Assembly: GCF_025526975.1 (NCBI RefSeq)
Contig: NW_026515678.1
Coordinates: 744,001-801,127, forward strand
Length of the DNA stretch: 57,127 nt
Origin: Fimicolochytrium jonesii
Lineage: Eukaryota
Reading direction: 5' to 3'
Positions within the stretch are counted from its first letter, which is position 1; each line of letters begins with the position of its first letter. The translations under genes were made by a program, and so were the position numbers. The notes below the pieces were generated by a model. The model worked only from the letters and a program-made list of their open reading frames with translations. It searched no databases and was not told where the DNA came from. Shown one piece after another: positions 37,429 through 48,999 of this stretch.

Positions 37429-40400
37429 ATGGAGTGGTGCAGCGACCCAGAGAAACTGGTGAGTTCTGCCTCTTCCCTAGGTCTCTGCGTCAACTGGTAG
37501 AATGCGGTTCACTAACTTTTGTTCATTTTCAGGGTCCGGTTTCAGAACTCAGGCCCGCTGACTTCAGCGCCTGCTTCCACGACTACATCCTTACATTGTC
37601 GCCACTTGCGCTTGCGGCGCTATGTGTTGTCTTCGGCCTCTTTCGCACTGCAAAGTCAAACAACAGTGACGCCGGCAAGACCAGACCATCACGACTTGGG
37701 ACGGCCCTGATGGCGTTGAGCGCCGCTGCCGCCTTGGCTTGTTCCGTCGTTCTACTGATTAACCCATCTGGAGCATCCACCGTGGCCGCTCTTGCCATTA
37801 CCATCCTCGTCTCAATCGTACTGGTTGCCCAGTTGATCGATTTCTCTCGTTCCCGCCCCGCCCGCGTCTCCATTGTCTGCTTCTGGATATGGCTTGCCTT
37901 CGCCACCATCGCCAAATTGAGATCCCTGGCGCTCGCTGATCTCACTTCCTCGAGTCACTTTACCTGGAACCTTGGCGTGTTGATTTCCTCGGTACTCTGG
38001 TTGCTATTCGAGGAACTTTTGAGTAGAAAAACCGCCGATGGCGAAGACGCAAACCCACTGGATCGAGCAGGATTGCTCACATACTTGACCTTCGGATTCA
38101 TTTGGTCCAAGCTCCGCGACAGCCACAAGTACAAGCTCGCTCAAGACGACGTGTGGAGAATTCCGTATGAGGAATCGACCATCCGAGGTCATGACAGGCT
38201 GACGGCTGCCCTCTCGGTTTCCGCAACGTCTGGCAAGGGGAAGCTGACCAATGTCAGCTTCTGTCTGGCCTTGATCAAGTCTCAGCTTCCCATGGTCATC
38301 GGAGCGATAGGCCTCAAGGTCCTCGCCTCGATTCTGATCCTTGTTCAACCCCTCTTGCTTGATACCCTCATCAATTACGTATCTTCACACAACACCGACC
38401 CTACCGCTGGTGCCGTCACGACCCCACAGCCTCGCTCCACCGGATTCCTCATTGCGATTGGAATGCTCCTCCTAGGTCTGGTCGCAGCGATCATGAACGT
38501 CTGGGGCAGTCAATTGTCTTGGCTCCTGTACTACAGATGGAAAATTTCCACCGCCAGTCTGGCCTTCCGCAAGAGTCTTCGATTGTCGCCAAGCTCGCGC
38601 GTCGAGAACAATACCGGAAACGTTTCCAATCTGCTCTCCAATGATGCTATGGAAGTCGGCTTTTTGGCAGCCAACATCCCGGAAATTGTGGCCGCGGTCA
38701 TTCAAGTCGTCTTTGGCATTGCCCTCATCTGGGTTCAGCTCGGCCTCTCTACCCTCTCGGTCATTGGCTTCATCATCCTTCTTGGCCCATTGCAAGTCTG
38801 GAACGCGAACTTTATCGAAAAGTGGAGTGATTTGCAGTTTGAGGTCATGGACACTCGCCTGAGTCTGACCACCGAAATCGTCAACGGCATGAAGATCATC
38901 AAAATGTACGCATGGGAATCATTCTTCGCACAGAAGTTGCAAGCCTTTCGCAAAACAGAGTTGCACCACCTATACATTCGCCGTATCGGTGAAATCTTCG
39001 GTGTTTTGCTCGGCAATTTGCCCCCCGTCATCATGTTCGTCGCCGCTCTTGGCATCTCCACTGCGGTCGAAAAGAAGCCCCTCGACGTCAACAACATCTT
39101 CGTGTCGCTAGCGTTGTTCAACTTGCTCAAGGGTCCGCTCGTAGAGCTCTCAATGTCTCTGCCCGGCGTCGCCGTCTCGTGGGCTTGCGTCAAGCGCGTC
39201 GTCGTGTTTTTGAACGAAGGAGAAATTGATGATTACGTCGACAGAAACAGCGGCAAACCAGGGTCGATTCATATCAAGGCCGGTCGCTTCACTTGGGGCG
39301 CGCCGGAGAAGGATGCCGAAGATGAAGGAGAAGCTGCATCAAGCAAGGACGACCAAGCCAAGGGTACCGCTGTGGCTAACCTGATCGATATCAGCGTCGA
39401 CGTTGCTCCTGGGGAGTTTATCGGTCTCGCTGGAAGTGTTGGATCCGGAAAATCGTCCCTTCTGTGCGCTCTGCTGGGCCAGATGGAGAAGATCGTAGGC
39501 AACATTGCCGTCAACGGATCGGTGGTGTACGTGTCTCAAAAGCCTTGGATCTTCCAGGGAACCGTCCGTGAGAACATCCTCATCGGTCGTCCCTACGAAG
39601 CGGAGCACTACCGTCGCGTCGTCGAAGCGTGCGCCCTTGCCCGGGATCTGGACCATATGACCGCGGGTGACCAGACCGAGATCGGTGAGCGCGGAGTCAA
39701 TCTTTCCGGGGGCCAACGTGCGCGTGTGAGTCTCGCTCGTGCATTGTACGGCCACGACGCCGATATCTACCTCTTCGATGATGTCCTCTCCGCCGTCGAC
39801 CGTCATGTCGCCAAACACATCTTTGAAAACGTCCTGGGCTCCAAGGGCATCCTGGCTAATAAGACCCGCGTCCTCGCCACCCACGCCGTTCACTTCCTCG
39901 ATGGTGCCGATCGGACTTTGGTCATGAAAGACGGTTCCATCATCGCGTCCGGCTCTTACGAGGACCTTTTGGCCGACAACATGATTTCAGAAGCGTCCAT
40001 GGAAGTGAATTCTGTCTCGGAAAGCGACAACGACAATGAAACTTTGGATCGTAAGTCTCGTTCATTGCTCAATGTTCTTCCTAACGTTTCTGGTCCATGT
40101 TCTAACACATCCTTCTCGCTCTTGACTAGCTCGCCGCGCAGCGAAGGGCGACTCCAACGCCGGTCTTGGTTCTGAAGAGGACGAGCAGGAAAGCATCGCC
40201 AACGTCGATCGCATTGACGGAGAGAAGGCGAAGATGATCGAAGAGGAAGAGACCGAGAGTGGCAAAGTTAGCTGGGGCGTCGTCATGATGTACTTCCGCG
40301 CATGCTCGTTCGCCCTCCTCGCCGCCTTTTTCCTTGGTCTCGTCGTCTCAGAAGGTGTCAACTTGGGCTCCCGATACTGGCTGCTCTACTGGAACGACAA

Positions 40401-42090
40401 CCCCAGCTCGCACAGTCTCGCCTTTTACTTTTCCATCTACGCCACGTGGGTCGTCGGCTACGTCATCCTCTACCCCTGGGCCGGCGCATTGTTCCTCTGC
40501 TTCATGGGCGTCCGCGCTGGTCGCGTGCTCCACGAGGATCTCCTCGCGCGGATCTTGAAGATGCCATGGACGTTCTACTCGGTGACGCCCGTCGGTCGTA
40601 TCATGACGCGCTTCAGCAACAACCTCGCCGCCGTCGATTGTGGGCTCCCAGATGCCTTCTACGACATGATCTTTGCTCTCGCCAACGTCGTCGTCAACTT
40701 GCTTCCCACCGTCATCAGCATGCCAACCTTCCTCATCGTCATCCTCGTCGCGGGTATTCTGTGCTACGCTCTCATGTACCTGTACATCCCCGCCTCGGTC
40801 GCCTACCTTCGCATCAAGTCCAACTGTGACGCGTTCATTTGGTCGCACGTCGATGAGACGCTCAACGGGCTCGACAGCGTCACGGCCTACAGGTTGGACG
40901 TGATTGCTGCCGAGAGGAACGCGTTCGTCATGGACAACCAGCAGGCCGCCCTGATCATGTTCTACTGGGCCAATAGGTGGTTCTCCCTGTGGATTACCAT
41001 CGTCTCCACCCTCGTCGTCTTTGCCAGCGCCATCTTTGCCGTGCTCTCCGTCGAGTCGATGTCTCCGTCGGTCGTCGCTCTCGCCGTGTCGACCATCTTG
41101 GCTATCATGCAGGAGGTCGCCATCATGATGACGAAGCTCGGGTACCTGCAGACGCAACTGGTGGACGCCGAGCGTCTCAAGCAGTACCTGGACCTTCCCA
41201 TCGAACAAGACGTTCCTGCCGATGCTCAAAGAGTTCTCCCGCAAAGCTGGCCGCAGAACGGTCGCATCGAATTCAAGAACGTCAACATGCGGTACCGCTC
41301 CGGCCTGGACCTCGTCCTTAAGCGCCTGTCCTTCACCATCGAGGCCGGCCAGAAGGTCGGCATCGTCGGGCGCACGGGGGCGGGCAAGTCGTCCCTGGCT
41401 CTGGCCCTGATGCGATTGGTCGACATCTGCCCTCCTTCAAGCACCAGCAAGTTCGATGAGGAACGCGGCGATGAGGCGGCGCTCGAGGGCGGCTCCATCA
41501 CCATCGACGGCGTCGACATCGCCACGGTCCCGCTGGCGACGCTCCGCCAACGGCTGTCCATCATCCCGCAGGAGGCGTTCCTGTTCACGGGCACGGTGCG
41601 GGAGAACCTCGACCCCTTTGGCAACTCGACCGACCACGCCATCTGGGCCGCGCTAGACAAGGTCGGCTTGAAACCGTTCGTGCAAGGCCTCAGCGACGCC
41701 GCCGCCGAGAATTCCAACGCCCCCGCCTCGGGCACGGGCCTAGACGCCGCGGTGACGGAATCCGGCAGCAACTTCTCGGTCGGGCAGAAGCAGCTGCTGT
41801 GCGTGGCGCGGGCCATCCTGCGCGACTCCCGCGTCATCGTCCTAGACGAAGCCACCGCGTCGGTCGACAATAATGCTGACGCCGCCGTGCAAAGGGCCAT
41901 CGCCACGCAGTTTGCAGGTCGCACCGTCATCACCATCGCCCATCGTGTCAACACCCTCATGTCATACGACCGCATCATCGTCATGGACGCTGGACGCGTC
42001 GTGGAGTCCGATTCCCCCGCTGCCTTGTTGGCGAACCCGGCCTCCTTGTTCTACGCGTTGGTCCATGAGGCCGGGACCGTCGATGCTTAG
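37429..42090 (+). CDS. ABCC/MRP-type ABC exporter (TMD0-TMD1-NBD1-TMD2-NBD2; introns 37459-37532 and ~40051-40129)
   Basis: Walker A GSVGSGKSS and GRTGAGKSS; signatures LSGGQRARVSLARA and FSVGQKQLLCVARA; Walker B YLFDD and IVLDEATA; many TM helices. Confidence 0.92.
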
Positions 42091-43289
42091 GACGTGAGCA
42101 ATCATCGCCTAGGACATCACTTCTTCCCATCTTAGTCAACCTTAGTGTACAATTCTTTAGCTTTATATTATTCACTCATGACATTCGTTCTCCCCATGCA
42201 TGCCAATGCTCCCCGCTTTATATTATTCACTCACATAGCATTTCGTTCTTTCCGACCTGCCAATGCGGGCGTAATCTTTATAATACGAGTCTTTATACTT
42301 TGACTGTTCTCGCAATACTCGTGCATCGATGCGTACTTGCACCCTGTCTGTGGGCTGTGGGCTGGCCAACCCATACCATCTCACAAGCACATACCCGCCG
42401 CCACCGCAACCCGCGGTTCGGTGATTGCACCTCACCTGTTTCACGACCGGAAGCTCGGGGAGACACAGCGATGGGGTCGGTCGGTCCCATACCCGAGCCA
42501 CTTGGACCTTTTCGTTTCTGTTTTCTTTTCTTTCTTTTTTTCACGACCCTTGCCGGCGCTGGCGTCCAGAGGGGGGGGGGGACAGGTCAGCAGGTGGAAG
42601 TTTTGTTCGAATATGGCCCAAACACTTCCCCGAATCGCAGCGACAGGCTTCACCCTTTTCGCTTTTGCGAGTCGGATGTCCCAACCCAAAGGCGGTATGG
42701 AGTTTATGGCATCCATCATGCGGGCCGTAGAAAGGGATATGGTGGTTGCCCAGTCTCCGCCCACCCCCACCAAAGGACCCCCGCAAAACCAGCCAGGGCA
42801 AAGATTCCAGTGGCGAACGCGATGAATAAACACTAAGCGGTTTTTTCCAACTCGGGTAGAACGGACGGTCTCTTATCTGCATTCGGAATCGGTGTGAGGA
42901 GGAGAAGAGGTGGGTTCTTCCATACCCTCCTTTCCTGCGGCCTTCCTGCGGCTCGTTCTCTCTTTGGACGCTTCCTTCCGTTCTTCCCTGGATCGAATGT
43001 GGTAGACGTGGACGCCCCCCCAATTCAACGCGTTGCTTAACCTTTTTGGCTCTGATAACGCGTGGCCGCTAAACAAACCGCTTTAGATTCACTGTAGTTC
43101 CAGCCTCTCGCTTCGTTTATCGCCAGTCTCTCGCCCAACTTCTTATTACAGAGAGAAAAGAAACAACAAAAAAGAACAAACAACGAAGCAAATAAGCAAA
43201 TAATATCTACGGACCTAGGCTAGCATGAGGGATGGATTGAGTTTACTAAAGGGGAGTGTATGGGGGTGCGGGGTCTTGTCTTGCTTAAG

Positions 43290-44485
43290 TTAGATGGGGC
43301 AGACAGCGGCGACCATGGGCTCAATGTCCAGGATGAAGACGCTGCGCTCCGTCGACTGCGACGGGTCGTCTTGCAGCACGGCGCCTGGAGAGGGACGGCC
43401 CAAAGGGCGAGCGAGTATCATCAGTGAAATACAACATCACAACACTTCCCGCCTCAAAGGAACACATACCCGCATAGTGGGTGCACTTGTCGTCATACAC
43501 GGCAAAGCTATCCAGGGGCTCCTCCAGCGTGAACGTCGCAATGACATCCTCCTGCGGGATGGTGGACGGGTGACAGTCCTGGTACTGGGGTGCGGCGACG
43601 ATGTTTTCTCCCCCTTTGGCGTTCCGCCTGCGAACCATGTGGACGACGGAGAACTTGTGCCCGTCCTGGTGCAGTGCGTTGGGCGTGTTGATGCCGACGG
43701 GCCAGTCGGGTGTGGGCGCGGTCTTGACAAAGTGGATCCCGACCAGGATCGGGTGACGGAGCTCGTCCTCGTTCCAGTCACAGAGCGCCACGTCCGAGAG
43801 GATCATGCGGTTGAGGAGCCTGAGGTTGCGGACGGGTTCGGTGACCGGCTTGTACCAGCGGCGGACGTTGTTGCAGTCGGCGTTGAACATTCCTGGGGAT
43901 TGATTATACACGTGCAAAGGGGGGAATACACATTGTCGTCAATACCACCAAAACCTATCACATCACTCACTCGCACGATCACCTTCCACCACCTCCCCAC
44001 TCACCCTGGTTATACGGCACTTGCTCATCTCCATTCTCATCCAGGTAAGGGGGCAGGTACCTCACGCGCATCGGTTTCTCCCACGGGAGGACGACGGCAC
44101 GGGAGTAGGACCTGAACCTGGACCAGTTCCCGGGCACCCAGCGATCTTTAGGGAGGAGGTCCATTTCGTGCTCGAGGGTGCGCAGCTCGGCGTCGATCTC
44201 GGCGTCGGTCATGCCGACCCAGTCGCGGGAGTTGAAGCGGATGTGCGAGTGGCCTTCCTTGAGCGTCCGCAGATCGCGGAGGATGCGGTCGTGCGTAGCG
44301 ATCGGGAGCGTGAAGGCGGCGTCGTCGTCGTCGCTGCTGCTGCTGCTGGTGGTCGTGGTGGGCGTGATGGGTGCGGTCGGCGACGCTAATGTGGGTGCCG
44401 CGGCGGGCGTTGTGGCGGCGAGCTTGGCTTTGAGCGTCGAGACGTCCGTTGGAGCGGCGACTTCGGTGTGCAGGATGGGGCTCAT
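43290..44485 (-). CDS. 2OG-Fe dioxygenase of the PF10014-like family (isoleucine dioxygenase/BsmA-like; 3 exons)
   Basis: Exons 44485-44005, 43892-43470 and 43384-43290 give RFRSYSR...PYNQGMFNADCNNVRRWYKP...TPNALHQDGHKF...GGEN...TLEEPLDS...THYAG...ERSVFILD, with an HxD...H triad and distal Arg. Confidence 0.75.
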
Positions 44486-46127
44486 GACGGCGATGGGATG
44501 CGGGAGTCCACAGGTGGTGTGCAGTCGGGGGAGAGAGATGTAGAGCGATGGGCGATGGGTGATGAATGGGATGGAAAGGGAGATGCCTAAGATTTGGGAT
44601 CGGGAGTAGGGATGTCTTGGAGGGCGACGGATCTAGCTAAGAGTGAGGGGAACACGGCATGAAGGGACACAAATGGCAAGCTGTGGCTTTATATATAACA
44701 GGCATTTGGTGAATCGTGTGCCGGCCGGCTGCGCGCCTCTGTTTGAGAAAGGACGGGTATCGGAAACAGTGTCGGTGCGGTCGGTCGGTCGGTTTCTTCG
44801 TCACGGATACGAAGGGGCACCCTAGGTCGTGCGTTACACCCATAAAGATGTTCCGTTTTGACGGCCGCCTCCCCTCTCGGGACGGTCAATTCCATCGAAC
44901 CCATTGTTTTTCACAAAATATTCTCTTGAGAACGCGGCAACTTCTCATGTCGCTGGATCCTGCGCGTGTTTGTGGATGTGGGGAGCGCTTCACTCAGATG
45001 GAGGCGATAGGTTCCGCGTCGGGCATCTCAAGGGAAGATGTCCGAATCTGTCCGATGAGCCAAGGGACCATCCCGTACATAGTAGATACCCTCCTCAAGT
45101 GAACTGTGGCGCGGCGGACGAAATCATGGTTTTGTGAGAGGTCTCCGCGCTCTGCGGCCTTTGACGGCGGCGATGCAGTCGCTGGTATGATAGATATTTC
45201 ATGGTATATGAGGTAAATCATGGTGTCAGAAAATCTCCGCCGCCCGGCAGAACAAGGTGCCGGGCAGGTGCCGGGCGGGGAAGGCTTCACTCTGAACGAA
45301 ACAGGGCTTTCGGCGGCTGGCGGGTGGCAGAATTATGAAGAATCGGCTCCAGAAAGTCTCCGCTTTGCAACAAGAAGCGCAGCCGCCTTATTACACGCAG
45401 ACTCCGCTAATAGAGCCTTCCCATTACGAAAGTCACCGCTCAGACGCGTTGCCCCCCGAACTCGGAGGTTGCGCCACACCCACGCCACTCCTGACAGCAC
45501 CCTCCCTCCCGTCACTTTCATCTTCGACAGGAGTCGTCCCTGACGCAGAGTTCGGACCACTTCTGCCCAATGTTATTCCTGCCAAGGACTCATCAACCAT
45601 AGTGGGGGAATCAATGGTGCATTAGGGCGACAGACAAGGAGGAAACGAGCGCATCGCACAAAAGCGCCGCAAAAATGCCCCCACATGCCAGTCCAAGCCT
45701 CTTTTTCCAAAAAGAAAAAAAACAAACCCGCATGCATCGGGCACGGCGAGAATCCCGCCCCAAACCGCAGAGTTTTCTCTCAGATGCCCGGTCCGCTGAC
45801 GTATCTGGCGGATTGCCTCCGCCGCGTGCGTGTGGGGAACGGGAGGGTTTTTTGTCGCATAGCGGGGAGCGTTTGTCGACCAGTCAGTTAAAGGCCAGCG
45901 GCGGGTAGGTCTGCAACCCTCCTCTAAAACTTCCGGCCGCCTGCCCTCCGTACCGTACGGCAAACTCTAAATCCTGACCTCGGAAGCCGCACTAAGAGAG
46001 GTTATCGGCCACATCTTCATCCACACCATCGCCGAGAAAGAGGAAAAGTAACAAATCTTCCACGACACGAAAACAGATATTAAATTTGGTTGCCTCGCCT
46101 TAGCGGGAAATCACTGTAGAGATTCTG

Positions 46128-47565
46128 ATGCGACCGACGAGCGGGCGAGCAGAGGGCCAGAGCGTCAGCGGTGGAAGTGGGTTCGACGGTGTGCTGAGAT
46201 GGTCGTTCTATCTTCCGTCTTGGGAGGAGGAGGAGACGGGCGCGGTAAGTTGAAACCTACGATTCCTCCTTACACCGCCCGATCCGTATGGTTAAACCAC
46301 CATCTTCCTCTCACACACACACTACGTAGCCCGCACAAAGCCTCGCCTCGCTCGCGCACGCGCTCCTCCCACCGTCCGAACAGACCCGGATCAATAGCTA
46401 CCGATTCGCGCGGGACGGCATGCGGGCGTTGGTTGGGCAGTTGCTGGCGCGAGCGGCCATCGTGGCGCTGTTAGCCGCGCAGGATGCGTTCCCTGTGCCC
46501 GCACCGCTCGATCGCATCTGGTATGCGATCCGAATCGAGAGGGATGAGCATGGAAAGCCGTTTTTGGTATGTATCCGGGCAAAGAGAGGACTGGCGAGCG
46601 CAAGCGAGGCATCATTGCTCGCCCCAGGTTTTCTTGGGGGCGAGCGACAGCGAGCGACAATGATTAACCATCCATCCATCCCCGCAACACCCAAACTAAC
46701 CAACACCCCCCCTCCCCCCCCCCCCCCCTCGCCCCTTATATAGTCCTCCCCACGAATCCCATTCCTCCACTTCAACATCTCCCACCACGGCGACTGGGTG
46801 GTGGTGGCGGCCGGGTTCGCCAAGCAACTCGGGGTAGACGTGGCGTCGGTCGAGGCCTCATCGTTGTCCGCCGACGAGCACCTTCGGGTGTTTGGCGAAC
46901 TGTTCACGAACCGGGAGTGGGAGTACGTTTACGGTGGTGGTGCGCCCGGCTCACGGACGCCGCCGCAAGGGGGCTATGGCGAGGGCAAGGAGGAGCAGAT
47001 ATACGCATTGCGGCGGTTCGCGCAACTGTGGGCGCTTAAGGAGAGCTACGTCAAGGCCGTCGGGGTGGGTCTGCCGCTCGATCTCGGGCGCGTGGAGGTG
47101 CGGTTCGACTCGGACGGCTGCGGTGGTGGTCATCATCATCACGCCGCACACGGACAGGGACACGCACTCTCGAGCCCACGAACACAAGGATGCAGCGGTG
47201 GCCAATGCGGGTGCAAGGGGATCCGGGTAGCGCTGGACACAACGGGGGTGGAACCGCAGCGGCAGGCCGTGGCGGATGGGAACTACAGTTTCAGCCTGGA
47301 CGAGCTGGATGCGCAGCATCCCGTGGCGTGTTGCGTCGTCAGCGCCAGTCCGGAGGTGTTGAGAGGGTTTCCATGGTGCGATGCCGATGCAGATCAGGAT
47401 GAGGATGATGATGGTGGGGATGATGGGTGTAAGACGGCGCAGATGGAGAATATGCTCGTGGATGGCAGGGATCTGTCGAGAGAGCATCGGCATGGACGGT
47501 TTCGGAGCATCCAGTGGGCGGAGTTGGCTTTGCGCGTACGGAGCGCCGGGGGGAAGATGCCTTAA
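46128..47565 (+). CDS. Sfp/Lys5-type 4'-phosphopantetheinyl transferase (3 exons)
   Basis: Introns ~46245-46329 and 46567-46743. Motifs EQTRINSYRFARDGMRALVGQLL, RDEHGKPF, FNISHHGDWV, LGVDV and FAQLWALKESYVKAVGVGL. Confidence 0.85.
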
Positions 47566-48775
47566 GGAGAGTGTGTTTTTGCACGCTCTCTTGTAAATAA
47601 ACACGTACATATCCCTTTCCCTGCGTATGCTCGCGGCAGAATCCTTTTTCCAGCTCTGTTCAGTCCTCTGCCCATCCCGGTCAGGTAGCATCTCTTTCTC
47701 CCGACGGACGTACGAAGTCTAAGTGTAGGCCAAGGTCGTCTGGAGGTCTCTGTGAAAGACACCTTCGTGCCTGATAACGGTTTCCAATGTGTACGCCCCT
47801 TGATTCTCCGTATTGGGAAGCGTCCGGAACCTTCCCTCGTCTGGTGGGCCGTTGGGCTTATAAGAGTTTTTGCTCCTTCGCCCCAATTTTTTCGCCATTG
47901 CCCATCGGAATAAGAGGAGGACGATCGAGAGGATCCCAAGCAACCACCACAGAGAAATACAGGCTTTATTTTCTTCAGCGCTCGAAAGTGGCTTGTCCGA
48001 CCTCGGTCAACCTCTATGATAAGATTGCTGCAGAGCCCACCGATCGATTGTGAGTGTGGCGCCGCTTGTGTTATTTCAGTTTCGGTTGTGGTACTTCGCA
48101 AAATAAGATGAGATGGAGTGGGAAGCGGTCGAACGAAGTGTGTGTCGTTCAGGAACGTCAGGACCGAAGTCTTGATACGGCCCAGCGCACGTTCCTCCAG
48201 GTCCATTTCAAGATCTGCATACTCGGCGTCTTGCAGAAACTTGTCGATGAGGCAGAAAAATGGACATGGTAGGAGTTTTCGGACCAACAGAAGATGGCGG
48301 TGGTGTCAGGTACTGAAGACAAGTCTCTGCACCACTCCACAGTTTCGCCATCATCAAGAGTCAAGTGTTCTGTGGGTTGTTCAAACTTCCAACCGCCGGG
48401 ATCTCACAGCGCGGTTTGGAATGTTCCGATCGATCAGGGATTCATTTGACAGTTTCGACTGTCTCGCGCCGGCGCCGGTGTTTCTCAACGATTTTCCGGC
48501 CGCCGATCACAAACAGAAATTCGATTTGAATTTTTGAGATGCGCAAAGGTACAGTTAATTTTGACTCGGAAATTCCTTATCCCGCTAAACCCCTAATGAG
48601 CCTTACCCTAAGTCGGTACCGAACAAAATATGTGACTTAAGTCGAAATATCTCCATCTAAGTCTGTCCGGAAGGTTTATCCCGGGACAGAAGCCAGGTTA
48701 GACAGTTAGACTTAAGCCTAGCATATATAGAACAGTCTGGGTAATGCATGTTCGAAAGAGAATGAAAATCGAAAG

Positions 48776-48871
48776 GATTGGGGGAAGTGCCGTCAGTTTT
48801 GAAGATTGCAGAAAGCAGATGATGATTGGGGAAAGTGCCGTCTATTTTGAAAATTGTAGAACGCACATGAT
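48776..48871. repeat. Degenerate 48-bp tandem duplication (2 copies)
   Basis: gattgggg(g/a)aagtgccgtc..ttttgaa.attg.agaa.gca.atgat starts at 48776 and at 48824. Confidence 0.6.
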
Positions 48872-48999
48872 GAAACGAAAAGAAATCGAAAATACAGATA
48901 CGCCGTTCAATCATGCCGCCTATCTATGTTCTATCGAAGATTGACCGCGACTTATACGAAAGAATGCAAGAAGGGGAGGCTCGCTAATTCTCTCCAAGT

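Noticed and set aside
40302..41984. Long alternative-frame and antisense ORFs over the ABC gene (similar ones overlap the NRPS and TF)
   Set aside because: These are shadow ORFs expected from GC-rich codon bias.
47562..48537. 241-aa minus-strand ORF and overlapping ORFs
   Set aside because: No recognisable motifs or coherent gene structure; possibly a degenerate relic but unsupported.
48584..48611. C-strand telomere-like words (ctaaacccctaa, cttaccctaa)
   Set aside because: Too short and degenerate to distinguish from chance.
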